Shown: positions 39,596 to 49,892, counted from the stretch's first letter. The stretch is 64,000 nt of DNA from an uncultured Bacteriovoracaceae bacterium (GCA_964358645.1 CAYHPW010000005.1:18663-82662); one strand, 5' to 3'. Notes: generated by a model not told the origin, from the letters alone. Made by a program: numbers and translations.

Positions 39596-40867
39596 TTAAG
39601 CAGACCTCCATTTTTCAATATCTTCACAAGCTGCTCGTGCGCGTCCGACTACATTAACCAAAGGCCCATCACAGCCACCAATCACCTTAACTTTATGGCT
39701 GATCTTGCCAAACCGCCCATGTTGGCCGAGCTGTCCTAAACTCCATGACAAATTATTATTCTTCCATTCGAATATAGCTTTAGGACGCATCGCTCGTATT
39801 GAAAACCTTTCCCAATTAAGAAAATCGTTACAAAAACCAGCGAGAACGTTGAACGAATCCGCCGAAGCCCAGTCCAGGCCAAGCTCCAATACGTTTTCCA
39901 CGCCCACGGCGCGCAATTCACCTGCTCTCAGTACCGCCAGTCTGGTTTGTTCTGATGATGGCGTTCCTTCGACTTCCGCCCAAGCAGTCAGGTCGCCATA
40001 GGTTCCGATTACGGTACAATCAAGTGGTTCGCGCGACATTATTGACCACTGTTCAAAAAAACGCAGTCCTCTTGGCATTACTGGTTTAGCTTCCCACCGC
40101 TTGGACTCTGCCAATATCCAATTAGTCAATCTTGGTGTCCAAAAGATGAGCGCTCCTTCTTTCAGGCGAGCCGTTCGCGGAACACCACGTGCGTGAAAAC
40201 GGATGCCCTCAGGAATAATTTCAATTTGTGTGGCCCCACAAACCACCCTATCCGGGCCCAACCTCTCTCGGACAAATCCCAGAATGCCGTTACGGTATCG
40301 TGTAACATCCACGTCGCTGAATTTAGGAATCTGTACACCGCGAAGATTTTCTGTTTTTTGGCTGATCCTGTCAGATTGCAGCGAAAAGCCGGGGAATCTC
40401 CTGGCGGCTAGCAAACCTTCAAGTGTTTTTGGATTTAATCCGCGATCAAAAACCTCGACATACATTTCTTCTATGGAGGCCCAGTATTCTTTATTAGTCG
40501 ATTGGTTATTTTCACGTGGTGCTATCCATAAGCGGGACCTTTGTCTCACATGCGGTGCATCCGGATCATGATAATCGGCACTTTCAGCTATACCACTTGA
40601 ACCAGACCAAACTTCAACCATCCCAGGAAAAGATGGTCTAAGTTCATCCACAGCTCGTTCGGCAGAACAGGACAACAAACGGTCTAAACTAACCGTATTC
40701 TTGTCCATTGGCCAAAGCGGGTCCAGCGAAAGTTCTGAGTCCTCCAAAAAGAAATCTGTATCAGGATTCAACAAAAGCACGCTGTAACCTTGGGTTACGA
40801 GATGCCTTGCGGCGACAAGGGGGGCAACGCCGGTTCCTACAAGACCGATGTCGCTATCGAGCGACAT
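39596..40867 (-). CDS. Divergent FAD-dependent oxidoreductase-like protein
   Basis: N-terminal Rossmann-like IGLVGTGVAPLVAARHL..G.SVLLL, with P in place of the third Gly and N in place of the acidic residue. The rest is not recognised. Confidence 0.55.
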   Translation of the reverse strand: MSLDSDIGLVGTGVAPLVAARHLVTQGYSVLLLNPDTDFFLEDSELSLDPLWPMDKNTVSLDRLLSCSAERAVDELRPSFPGMVEVWSGSSGIAESADYHDPDAPHVRQRSRLWIAPRENNQSTNKEYWASIEEMYVEVFDRGLNPKTLEGLLAARRFPGFSLQSDRISQKTENLRGVQIPKFSDVDVTRYRNGILGFVRERLGPDRVVCGATQIEIIPEGIRFHARGVPRTARLKEGALIFWTPRLTNWILAESKRWEAKPVMPRGLRFFEQWSIMSREPLDCTVIGTYGDLTAWAEVEGTPSSEQTRLAVLRAGELRAVGVENVLELGLDWASADSFNVLAGFCNDFLNWERFSIRAMRPKAIFEWKNNNLSWSLGQLGQHGRFGKISHKVKVIGGCDGPLVNVVGRARAACEDIEKWRSA

Positions 40868-42119
40868 CCACCAATCCTCCCATTACACGCCGAAGCGCGG
40901 TGTTTACTTGCGCTTTCTTGTATTCACTATGCGCGCTCCAACCGCGCTCATTTTCTTCAGCGCAGTGCCGGTCCATCACTTGGACCTCGTATGGATAAAA
41001 GAACCGAACTTCGCGTTGCAAGTGTTTCATTTCCATCTTGTCAATAGCTTTCAAAATATTGTCATGACCCATATCGGGGCCTGTTTGTTTAAACCGGGCC
41101 AGCTGTTTGAGATCCTTCAAATCATCATAAATGGGATTTCTGAGCTTTATAAGCTGCCGGCATGTAAACTGAATCGCTCTGTAAAACTCGCTGGAATGGG
41201 GATTTTCCGGGTTTACCCTGGGAGGATGAGTCGCCTCATTAAGCATTGTGAGAAACGCAGATTCTTCTATCTCTCCACGTTCAAGCTGCGGCAATATGTC
41301 AGCGAGCTTCGCACGAAACTCATCCAGATCCACCAATGTATTACGAGAACGGCTTGGCTTTATATTTGGCGGCATCACAATCATTTTGTCTTTTAGGTAT
41401 TTCACCACCTGAATCGCACCAAGTACAGTTTCTGTAACAAACCGGATTCCAACCCGATCAAAAATATCTTCGGCGACATTCTCAGGTTTATGCAGCAGTT
41501 TCAGGATAATGGAGTCACGTGCCTTTTTAGGCTTTGTTTCAAAAGCAACGAGACCGATTCGCACGGGGTCGTTGTCTTTTTCTCCCATGAACAACGCGCC
41601 TTCGGCATCCCTATATATAACCTTATAAAACCGATCAAAAATCTGTTTCTGTATGTCGGAAAAATAAGGCGTGCGTAGATCCTTATCCATATGTGCGATG
41701 GTATGCATCACCTTCAACAAACTGCATGCCCACATTTTAAGAAGTTGGCCATTAATGTCGGCAGTCTGGCTTGGAAAATACAGGCTGGCCATGAGAAATA
41801 ACTCACGAATATCCGTAAGCTCCATTACCTTGCGAGGTATTTCTAATTTCAAACCATCGGGATTCTCAGGGTGCAGGAAATACTTTCTTACAAAGTCTAA
41901 TGCTTCGTGGAAATTCCCAAGAACCTCAGCCCTCTCGATGGGATTTTCAAGATCATAGCCATAGCTTTCTATAAAACGCCCGGCTTCATCGGAAGTCTGA
42001 ATTAAAAAACCAACGGACGAGTCTATAGATGATTTTCCACTGATAATGACGTCAAGCACGTCCCATCGGAAATCATATTTAGAACGAAAAATAGAACTAC
42101 TACCTTTCCTTATCATCAC
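40854..42119 (-). CDS. TIGR04552-like protein with RelA/SpoT-synthetase-type nucleotidyltransferase motifs
   Basis: K..DSIILKLLHK, EDIFDRVGIRFV, YRAIQF, YEVQVM, SAHSEYK. Confidence 0.8.
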   Translation of the reverse strand: MMIRKGSSSIFRSKYDFRWDVLDVIISGKSSIDSSVGFLIQTSDEAGRFIESYGYDLENPIERAEVLGNFHEALDFVRKYFLHPENPDGLKLEIPRKVMELTDIRELFLMASLYFPSQTADINGQLLKMWACSLLKVMHTIAHMDKDLRTPYFSDIQKQIFDRFYKVIYRDAEGALFMGEKDNDPVRIGLVAFETKPKKARDSIILKLLHKPENVAEDIFDRVGIRFVTETVLGAIQVVKYLKDKMIVMPPNIKPSRSRNTLVDLDEFRAKLADILPQLERGEIEESAFLTMLNEATHPPRVNPENPHSSEFYRAIQFTCRQLIKLRNPIYDDLKDLKQLARFKQTGPDMGHDNILKAIDKMEMKHLQREVRFFYPYEVQVMDRHCAEENERGWSAHSEYKKAQVNTALRRVMGGLVDVAR

Positions 42120-42288
42120 ATCAATAACTCCACTTCTTGAGGTTCTTGCCTACTCTAAAACCACTTGATCGAAAAGTTTAGCCAAAACATCAATAACGCG
42201 GTGATTTCTGATTTTTAAAACTCTCCGCCAAGCGTCAAATAAAGTAATATCAAGCTTTTTTTATAAAGCTGAGCTATTTCAGACGGGA

Positions 42289-42849
42289 ATGACAAAAGGT
42301 CGCATACTAAACTGGAACAAAATTAACAGCCCCCCAAAAATTGCGGCCATGGCGATTTCCACAGTCTGTGGAGTAGGTTTGCTACCGCTAGCTCCTGGTA
42401 CATTCGGCGCACTAGCGGCGATACCGGTTGTTTACTTAACAACGGACCTTCATTGGCTTTTACGCTCTCTCTTTTGGTCATTGGTTATAATTATGGGAAC
42501 ATGGGCGGCTAAGGTCTTTGATCAGCTAATGGATTCCCACGACAACCAGAACATTGTGATAGATGAAGCGGTGGGTATCGCTATAACAGCCTGGACGGCA
42601 GGAGGCCATTTACAAACCCTTGCGGTGGCTTTTGTTATTTTCCGTTTTTTTGACATAGTTAAGCTGCCACCGGTCCGCCAAGTGGATGCAATGTCCATAA
42701 AAATTTCTAAAGATGCGGATAAGAACATACTTGGATTTATTTCACCTGAATGGCGCACCGCCATGACGGTAATGGCTGATGACATTATAGCCGGGTTCCA
42801 GGGGCTTTTTATTGTGCTAGTGCTGCAAAAACTTGGTTTCCTGCCGTAA
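42289..42849 (+). CDS. pgpA: Phosphatidylglycerophosphatase A
   Basis: GLLPLAPGTFG, IVIDEAVG, FRFFDIVK, MADDIIAG. Confidence 0.93.
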   Translation: MTKGRILNWNKINSPPKIAAMAISTVCGVGLLPLAPGTFGALAAIPVVYLTTDLHWLLRSLFWSLVIIMGTWAAKVFDQLMDSHDNQNIVIDEAVGIAITAWTAGGHLQTLAVAFVIFRFFDIVKLPPVRQVDAMSIKISKDADKNILGFISPEWRTAMTVMADDIIAGFQGLFIVLVLQKLGFLP

Positions 42850-42860
42850 AGACCTCCGTG

Positions 42861-42896
42861 TTGCCCTTGAACTTATAGCATGGTACGGTCGTTGCT
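42861..42896 (+). promoter_or_regulatory. recA promoter region with overlapping sigma70-like and sigma54-like elements
   Basis: TTGCCC-N17-TACGGT (extended TG) overlaps TGGTACG-GTCG-TTGCT (42881-42896). Confidence 0.5.
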
Positions 42897-42937
42897 CAAG
42901 TCCCGCTTCCAAGCTTTACTAAAGGAGAGATAAAAAA

Positions 42938-44098
42938 ATGGAAATGTCTACTGAAACACGGACAACATCAGAAAATTTTAATCAAAAAAACAAAGCTATA
43001 GAACTTGCCGTTCAAGCGATTGAAAAGCAATTCGGCAAGGGCTCAATCATGAGGCTGGGAATGAACGAAAGTCTTGTTTCACAAGACGTTCCTCCCATAC
43101 CCACGGGGTCACTTGCTCTAGATGTGGCTCTCGGTATCGGTGGTTATCCTCGCGGTCGGGTAGTGGAAATTTATGGCCCGGAAGCTTCCGGAAAAACCAC
43201 ACTGACCTTACACGCCATAGCAGAAGTTCAAAAACAAGGCTGTATCGCCGCTTTTATTGACGCCGAACATGCTCTTGATGTGAATTATGCAAGAAAACTC
43301 GGTGTACGCACAGATGATCTTTTGATTTCACAGCCTGACACCGGGGAACAAGCACTGGAAATAGCGGATATGCTTGTACGCTCCGGCGGTGTGGACCTAT
43401 TAGTAATAGATTCTGTGGCAGCACTGGTACCACGTGCGGAAATCGAAGGAGAAATGGGTGACTCTCACATGGGTTTACAGGCTAGGCTTATGAGCCAGGC
43501 CTTGCGTAAACTCACTGGTACCATTAGCAGGAGCAAAACCCTGGTTATGTTCATCAATCAGATAAGGATGAAAATTGGCGTCATGTTCGGCAATCCAGAG
43601 ACAACCACGGGCGGTAATGCATTGAAATTTTATTCCTCCGTTCGCCTGGATATAAGGCGTATTTCATCAATTAAGGATGGAGAAAATATTATCGGGAACC
43701 GCACTAAAGTTAAGGTGGTAAAAAATAAACTGGCTCCGCCATTCAAAGAGATTGAATTCGATATTTTATATGGCGAAGGAATATCAAAAGAGGGTGATCT
43801 ACTCGACCTGGGCACCAACATGAATGTCATTGAAAAAAGTGGCACCTGGTACATGTATAAAGATTCAAGAATCGGACAGGGCCGAGAAAATGCCAGAAAC
43901 TGGATTAAAGAGCATCCAGATTCAGCAAAAGAACTGCGGGAAGAAATATTAAAAAAATCAGGCATATCTAAACAGCCACAGTCTGCCACGACAGCCGGCC
44001 CGCCGGTAAGCGCTGAAGCAGTTTCCAAATTAAAAACTGCAATCGCGCAAAATCCATCCATTAAAAACCACAGCGCACAACCCAGCGGGAAAAAATAA
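42938..44098 (+). CDS. recA: Recombinase RecA
   Basis: [66 protein letters not shown]. Confidence 0.99.
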   Translation: MEMSTETRTTSENFNQKNKAIELAVQAIEKQFGKGSIMRLGMNESLVSQDVPPIPTGSLALDVALGIGGYPRGRVVEIYGPEASGKTTLTLHAIAEVQKQGCIAAFIDAEHALDVNYARKLGVRTDDLLISQPDTGEQALEIADMLVRSGGVDLLVIDSVAALVPRAEIEGEMGDSHMGLQARLMSQALRKLTGTISRSKTLVMFINQIRMKIGVMFGNPETTTGGNALKFYSSVRLDIRRISSIKDGENIIGNRTKVKVVKNKLAPPFKEIEFDILYGEGISKEGDLLDLGTNMNVIEKSGTWYMYKDSRIGQGRENARNWIKEHPDSAKELREEILKKSGISKQPQSATTAGPPVSAEAVSKLKTAIAQNPSIKNHSAQPSGKK

Positions 44099-44108
44099 AA
44101 CTGTTAGG

Positions 44109-44142
44109 ACAAGCGGCCGAGTTTCAGTAACCGGCCGCTTGT
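44109..44142 (+). terminator. GC-rich hairpin after recA (terminator or stability hairpin)
   Basis: ACAAGCGGCCG-N12-CGGCCGCTTGT, with a weak U tail. Confidence 0.55.
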
Positions 44143-44169
44143 TGCAAAACAGGTCAAAGCCAAGCAACA

Positions 44170-46893
44170 ATGAAAGCCTCCGAAATCCGAACCAAATTCC
44201 TGAAATATTTTGAACGAAACGGCCACACTATTCTCGAAAGCTCATCGCTTGTCCCCCAGAATGATCCCACGCTTTTATTTACAAATGCCGGGATGGTACA
44301 ATTTAAAGATGTTTTTTTAGGAAAAGAGTCACGCCCTTATTCGCGCGCTACGACTTCTCAAAAATGCGTCCGAGCCGGCGGAAAACATAATGATCTTGAA
44401 CGCGTTGGATTTACAGCAAGGCATCATACTTTTTTTGAAATGCTTGGAAATTTTTCTTTCGGTGATTACTTCAAAAAAGACGCGATTCATTTTGCATGGG
44501 AATTTGTAACCAAGGATCTGGCGCTCCCAAAAGACAAATTATACGTTTCTGTTTTTGAAAAAGATGATGAAGCCTATGAGCTGTGGCACAAGCAAGAATC
44601 AGTTCCTACTGAGCGGATCTACAGATTCGGTGAAAAAGATAACTTCTGGGCCATGGGAGATACAGGCCCCTGCGGCCCATGCAGTGAACTTTTTATAGAT
44701 CGTGGTGAAAAGTATGGTTGTGGCCAGCCCACATGCGGGATGGGCTGCGATTGCGATAGATATATGGAGTTCTGGAATCTTGTTTTCATGCAATTCGACC
44801 GCAATGATAAAGGCCTCCTAACTCCGTTACCAAAACCATCAGTTGACACCGGCGCTGGATTGGAAAGACTTGCATCCATTCTACAGGGTGTTGATACGAA
44901 TTATGATACGGATCTTTTTCAAGATATTATTTCGAAAACATCGGCACTGATTGGCACCCCTTATGACAACAAGAACAACCTGGCGGTCTCTTTCAGAGTG
45001 ATAGCTGATCATTCGCGAGCTACAGCTTTCCTGATAAGTGATGGCGTACTCCCATCAAATGAAGGTCGTGGCTATGTGTTACGCCGGATCATGAGGCGCG
45101 CGATACGGCACGGCAAAAAATTGGGGTTTTCTTCTCCATTCCTTCACAAGACAGCTCTTTTTGTAATCGATCAGATGAGGTCAGCATTTCCTGATCTGTC
45201 AGACAAACGTGCATTTGTTGAGCGCGCTGTCTTAGCTGAAGAGGAACAATTCTTCCGCACGCTTGAACGAGGATTGCTGTTGATAGATGAGGAGATCGCC
45301 AAACTCAAACCTGGCAGCATGCTAAGCGGAGAAAATGCCTTCAAGCTATATGATACCTTTGGATTTCCTTATGACCTGACGCGTGTCATATGTACTGAAA
45401 AAGGAATCACCGTGGATGACATTGGTTTCGAAAGGGCTATGGACCGCCAGCGCGCTGAATCACGTAAACACTGGAAGGGTTCTGGCGACCAGGCCCTAAA
45501 TAATACATATTTAAAACTAGTTGAAAAACTCCGAGCACGAGCGAAGCTTCCGCAATTTGTAGGATATGAAGCAACTTCAGCAAGCTCTGAATGCGTCGCC
45601 TTGCTTATGCAGGATAACGAAGGGTTGAATGAAATAGATTCGTTCGAATGCTCTTCGCTGGCCACAGCTTTCGGCAGTCCTGAACGACTGCCTATAGTAG
45701 AAGCTGTATTTGTTAAAACCCCATTTTACGGCGAAAGTGGCGGCCAAGTGGGGGACCGAGGGAAAATAATCGGTAAAAACCATGGCACCTTGCACTTCGA
45801 AGGTGACGTCATAGATGTGCAAAAACCAGTTCCAGATCTTATTGTCGCTCATATAAAACCAACAAATGGCATAATCAAACTTGGTGAAACATATGTCCAG
45901 GAAACTGACATTGAACTTCGCAAACTTACAGCGAGAAACCATACAGCTACGCATTTGTTACATTGGGCATTGAGAACTGTTTTAGGTAATCATGTAAAAC
46001 AAGCCGGCTCTCTTGTTGCTCCCGATATTTTGCGATTCGATTTTTCGCACTTCAAACCGATGTCACCGCCAGAGATCGAACGAGTAGAAGACCTCGTCAA
46101 CGACACCATCTGGAATCCCATTAAAGTCCACACATCAGAAATGAAAAAAGAAACCGCACTCGCCTCGGGCGCGATCGCATTCTTTGGCGAAAAATACGGA
46201 GATACCGTACGAGTGGTAAAGGCTGGCGATTTGTCAACGGAATTATGTGGCGGAACGCATGTAAACAGTACTGGCGAAATATATCTTTTAAAAATTGCTA
46301 ATGAAAGCGGCATAGCGGCTGGGGTAAGGCGTATATTCGCCTATACATCCAGAGGAGCATTTGAATACTTGCGCGGCAAGGATAAAGAAGTCCGTACCAT
46401 CCGTGATCGTCTTAAAGCTTCATCAAGTGATGAAATACTCGGGAAAATAGACAAATCCATCGCGACCGAAAAAGAATTGCGGAAGGAAATCGAACAACTT
46501 CAAAGCAAAAGCGCCAATATAGAAGTTGAGGAAATCCTTCGTTCCTCCATAAAAATGGGGGAAACAACTTTAGTGGCATCGGTGTGCTCGCCTGATCCGA
46601 GTGGTATTAAAAAACTGCGTGAAATATCAGATCAAATCAAACAAAGAATCCCAAACACGATTATGATACTTGGAATGAAAGACCCGGATGGAAAAAAAGC
46701 CTCCGTGCTTGTGGCTATAGGACCCAAAGCCCCAATGAAGGACGCAAACGCCATACTGAAAGAGATTCTCCCACACATTGAAGGCAGGGGTGGAGGCAGA
46801 GCCGAGTTGGCACAAGCTGTCGGCACAAAACCAGACGGGCTTCAAGAAGCCATTAAAAATGCTGTTTCTATTATCACGAAAGGAAACTCATAA
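44170..46893 (+). CDS. alaS: Alanine--tRNA ligase
   Basis: FTNAGMVQFK, RHHTFFEMLGNFSFGDYFK, DTGAGLER, HTATH, ELCGGTH and GGG C-Ala domain. Confidence 0.99.
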   Translation: MKASEIRTKFLKYFERNGHTILESSSLVPQNDPTLLFTNAGMVQFKDVFLGKESRPYSRATTSQKCVRAGGKHNDLERVGFTARHHTFFEMLGNFSFGDYFKKDAIHFAWEFVTKDLALPKDKLYVSVFEKDDEAYELWHKQESVPTERIYRFGEKDNFWAMGDTGPCGPCSELFIDRGEKYGCGQPTCGMGCDCDRYMEFWNLVFMQFDRNDKGLLTPLPKPSVDTGAGLERLASILQGVDTNYDTDLFQDIISKTSALIGTPYDNKNNLAVSFRVIADHSRATAFLISDGVLPSNEGRGYVLRRIMRRAIRHGKKLGFSSPFLHKTALFVIDQMRSAFPDLSDKRAFVERAVLAEEEQFFRTLERGLLLIDEEIAKLKPGSMLSGENAFKLYDTFGFPYDLTRVICTEKGITVDDIGFERAMDRQRAESRKHWKGSGDQALNNTYLKLVEKLRARAKLPQFVGYEATSASSECVALLMQDNEGLNEIDSFECSSLATAFGSPERLPIVEAVFVKTPFYGESGGQVGDRGKIIGKNHGTLHFEGDVIDVQKPVPDLIVAHIKPTNGIIKLGETYVQETDIELRKLTARNHTATHLLHWALRTVLGNHVKQAGSLVAPDILRFDFSHFKPMSPPEIERVEDLVNDTIWNPIKVHTSEMKKETALASGAIAFFGEKYGDTVRVVKAGDLSTELCGGTHVNSTGEIYLLKIANESGIAAGVRRIFAYTSRGAFEYLRGKDKEVRTIRDRLKASSSDEILGKIDKSIATEKELRKEIEQLQSKSANIEVEEILRSSIKMGETTLVASVCSPDPSGIKKLREISDQIKQRIPNTIMILGMKDPDGKKASVLVAIGPKAPMKDANAILKEILPHIEGRGGGRAELAQAVGTKPDGLQEAIKNAVSIITKGNS

Positions 46894-46912
46894 CTTTTTT
46901 CACGGAAGGTTT

Positions 46913-48727
46913 ATGTTTAAAAAATATTTTAAAGCAGCCACACTTCTTTTGACCTTATTGTTATTTATTGCTTCTTTTATCTCATGTTCTTTTTCGCGGC
47001 GTGATGATGGCAACAAGATGGTTTTTTACACATCGCATAGGGATGATATAAAAACTTGGGATCCTGCCAATGCCTATGACACTATAAGCCTCGATGTTGT
47101 CCCAGCCGTATATGAAACGCTTTATCAGTATGACTATCTGTCAGAAACATACAAAATAATCCCACTTTTAGCTGCTGACATGCCTACATTTTCTCTAGAT
47201 AAGTTAACTGTTAAAATCCCGATAAAACGCGGCGTAAAATTTCAGGATGACCCATGCTTCAAGGAAAGTAACGGAAAAGGGCGTGAACTTAAAGCCCAAG
47301 ACTTCGTGTATGCGTTTAAGCGCCTTGCATTGCCTGCATTACAGTCACAGGGATGGTGGATACTGGATGGTAAAATTGTTGGCATAAATGCTTTCCACGA
47401 TAAACTTTTGGAAACCCAAAAAACAGAATTAGCCAAAATTTTTTCGGAAAATATCGAAGGCATAAAAGCCATTGATGATTATACCCTGCAGTTAAAGCTT
47501 ATTAAGCCTTATCCACAGCTTATGTACATACTGGCAATGTCATTTACCGCGCCCGTAGCCGAAGAAGCGGTAAAAGTATACGCCGATGAGCAAGGGAATC
47601 TCACCGACCATCCGGTAGGAACCGGCCCATTCATACTTAAGACATGGGATCGCGGGAGACGCGTATTCCTTGAAAAAAATCCGAATCATCACGCCGAATT
47701 TTATCCCACCACAGGCTCGATCGAATACCGAAAGAGCGGTCTTTTAGCAGATGCCGGAAAACCTCTGCCTTTTTTGGATCAAATCTCGATAAATGTCGTA
47801 AAAGAGCAGCAACCGGCATGGTTGAATTTTATGAAGGGCCTTGAAGACATTATGGGGATACCAAAAGACAACTTTCAGCAGGCAATAGTAAATCAAGTCA
47901 ATCTATCGCCTGAACTCGCGTCTAAGGGAATCCGCCTCCATATAGAAACTGGTGTCACGTTCTATTTTATCTCCCTCAATATGAAAGATAAGCTTATAGG
48001 CGTTAACAAGTTCCTCCGCCAGGCCATTTCTTCAGCGATAGACCGTGAAAAGTGGATAGAAATTTTTACAAATGGCAGAGGCAGAAAGGCTGTAAGCGCC
48101 TTGCCACCAGGTGTCCCAGACAGGCCTGTCAACTCAAATATTAAATACGATTACAATCTTGCTCGTGCAAAAGAACTGCTGAAAAAGGCCGGTTATCCAG
48201 AGGGCAAGGGTCTTCCGCCGATAAATTTTGATATGCGCGGCGCTGACAGCGTTAACAGGCAAATGGGGGAATTTTTCACAAAACAGTTCTCTGCGATCGG
48301 CATAAAGTTGAATGTTATTTATAATACCTTCCCGGCATTCCTGGAAAAATCCAAACAAGGGGATCTACAAATTTCATATGGTGGCTGGGCAATGGATTAT
48401 CCTGATCCAGAAAACGTCTACCAACTTTTATATGGCGCCAATAAAGCGCCAGGACCAAATGATACTAACTTCGACCATCCGGAAATGAACAAGTTGTATG
48501 AGAAAATGTCCACAATTGATCCCGGCCCCAAACGTGCCGACCTAATTATGCAGATGGACGCTCTTTTACAAGAAGAATGTCCGTGGGCGCTCGGTTATTA
48601 TCATTCAACCTATGCAATCAGCCAAGCGTGGCTGTTGAATTACCGTGGAAGCGATATCATAACGAATAAATACAAATATTACCGTATCGATAACTCCGTC
48701 AAAAAACGCTATCGCAACACACGTTGA
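46913..48727 (+). CDS. ABC transporter substrate-binding lipoprotein (family 5, peptide/nickel)
   Basis: Lipobox FISC, WDPA, VYETLYQY, PVGTGPF, GW..DYPDPEN. Start ATG 46913 after the alaS stop. Confidence 0.9.
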   Translation: MFKKYFKAATLLLTLLLFIASFISCSFSRRDDGNKMVFYTSHRDDIKTWDPANAYDTISLDVVPAVYETLYQYDYLSETYKIIPLLAADMPTFSLDKLTVKIPIKRGVKFQDDPCFKESNGKGRELKAQDFVYAFKRLALPALQSQGWWILDGKIVGINAFHDKLLETQKTELAKIFSENIEGIKAIDDYTLQLKLIKPYPQLMYILAMSFTAPVAEEAVKVYADEQGNLTDHPVGTGPFILKTWDRGRRVFLEKNPNHHAEFYPTTGSIEYRKSGLLADAGKPLPFLDQISINVVKEQQPAWLNFMKGLEDIMGIPKDNFQQAIVNQVNLSPELASKGIRLHIETGVTFYFISLNMKDKLIGVNKFLRQAISSAIDREKWIEIFTNGRGRKAVSALPPGVPDRPVNSNIKYDYNLARAKELLKKAGYPEGKGLPPINFDMRGADSVNRQMGEFFTKQFSAIGIKLNVIYNTFPAFLEKSKQGDLQISYGGWAMDYPDPENVYQLLYGANKAPGPNDTNFDHPEMNKLYEKMSTIDPGPKRADLIMQMDALLQEECPWALGYYHSTYAISQAWLLNYRGSDIITNKYKYYRIDNSVKKRYRNTR

Positions 48728-48735
48728 TATCAATT

Positions 48736-49734
48736 CTAAGCCGCGCTCCGCTTATGAGGTGCTTTGTTTATCCCTCGTGCAAATAGGGTTACAGAAAGTC
48801 TGACAAGGTCTGGATCATACTTGCCTCTGGTATTTGTTATTATTCTTAAAGCCTGTTCCACCGTGTAAGCGGGTCTAAATGGTCGTTTGCTTATGAGTGC
48901 GCTAAATCCGTCCGCTAAAGATACGAATTTTGCTGGGTGATAAATTACCTTATCACGAAGACCATTCGGGTATCCGCGTCCCCCTGGCTCCTCATGATGT
49001 TGATAAATTATATATTTTGATTCTTTAGGGACAGTAACGGTTTGTTCCAGCATCTTCAGTCCGATGCCTGGATGACATTTGACCTCTTTCCATTCTAGAT
49101 CTGTCAATGCTTCAGAGCTCAAAAAAATTTCGCGTGGCAATTGTGTCCAGCCTATATCATGCAAGAAGCCGCCTAACCCAATCGATTCCAAGGTGTTTTG
49201 ATCAAACTGACCCGATGCTTTAGACATCATGATGCTGAGAATAGAAACTGCAACCGAGTGGTAATATAAATATTCACCATGTGAAACCAACTTTAACAAC
49301 ACAACCAGCGTGTCTGGGTTTGTGCTCATGAGTTCAACGTAGTTTTTCACGAGATGCGATGTGTTTACAGCAGTTTCTTCTTCGACGTAAAGTTGCGAAA
49401 AAAGTTCGGCCATGTTTTGTTCTGTCATATTTAACAGCGTAGCTACTCTTTTCTCATGTGAAACATTCGGATCACGTAATATAGCCGCGGCCGGCTTGGC
49501 TAAAAAGTCACGGTACGTTTCTAGATCTTCAGACTTGATGTGTAAGTGGGTGACCCCTTTTTGACGGTACTGAGCCAGACGTTTGTAATCGAGCCCTGTG
49601 ATTTTTGAAAATACATGAACAAAATTAGATTCCGAAAGTTGTAAAAACACGTCAAAATTTATGTCTTTTACCGCCGTTCGAAATACATTTATATCAATCG
49701 CCAACATGTCGTGCTTAATCATACTACCAACCAA
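48736..49734 (-). CDS. HD-GYP domain cyclic dinucleotide phosphodiesterase
   Basis: HSVAV, LHDIG, HP..G, HHEEPGGRGYPNGL, RPFR. Confidence 0.9.
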   Translation of the reverse strand: MVGSMIKHDMLAIDINVFRTAVKDINFDVFLQLSESNFVHVFSKITGLDYKRLAQYRQKGVTHLHIKSEDLETYRDFLAKPAAAILRDPNVSHEKRVATLLNMTEQNMAELFSQLYVEEETAVNTSHLVKNYVELMSTNPDTLVVLLKLVSHGEYLYYHSVAVSILSIMMSKASGQFDQNTLESIGLGGFLHDIGWTQLPREIFLSSEALTDLEWKEVKCHPGIGLKMLEQTVTVPKESKYIIYQHHEEPGGRGYPNGLRDKVIYHPAKFVSLADGFSALISKRPFRPAYTVEQALRIITNTRGKYDPDLVRLSVTLFARGINKAPHKRSAA

Positions 49735-49892
49735 TTAAGTAAGGCTTACTAAGCCCACCTATTAGTTAATCGGAGATCCTAGCTAAAGTCATAACACCTG
49801 TATGTCGATACGTGTTATCGAGACAGGCTAGTAAGGCTGATAGTAATTGCACGGACGCGAAGCCTTAACGTTATGTACTTAGGAAGCGTACG

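Noticed and set aside
40848-41396. 182-aa plus-strand ORF
   Set aside because: Antisense to the TIGR04552-like gene, with no motifs or start signals.
46778-46912. Extended N-termini in the ORF track (also at 2675, 4041, 32980, 33347, 51008, 52062 and 63193)
   Set aside because: They overlap neighbouring genes or promoter regions. Downstream starts give better signal peptides, SD spacing or coupling.
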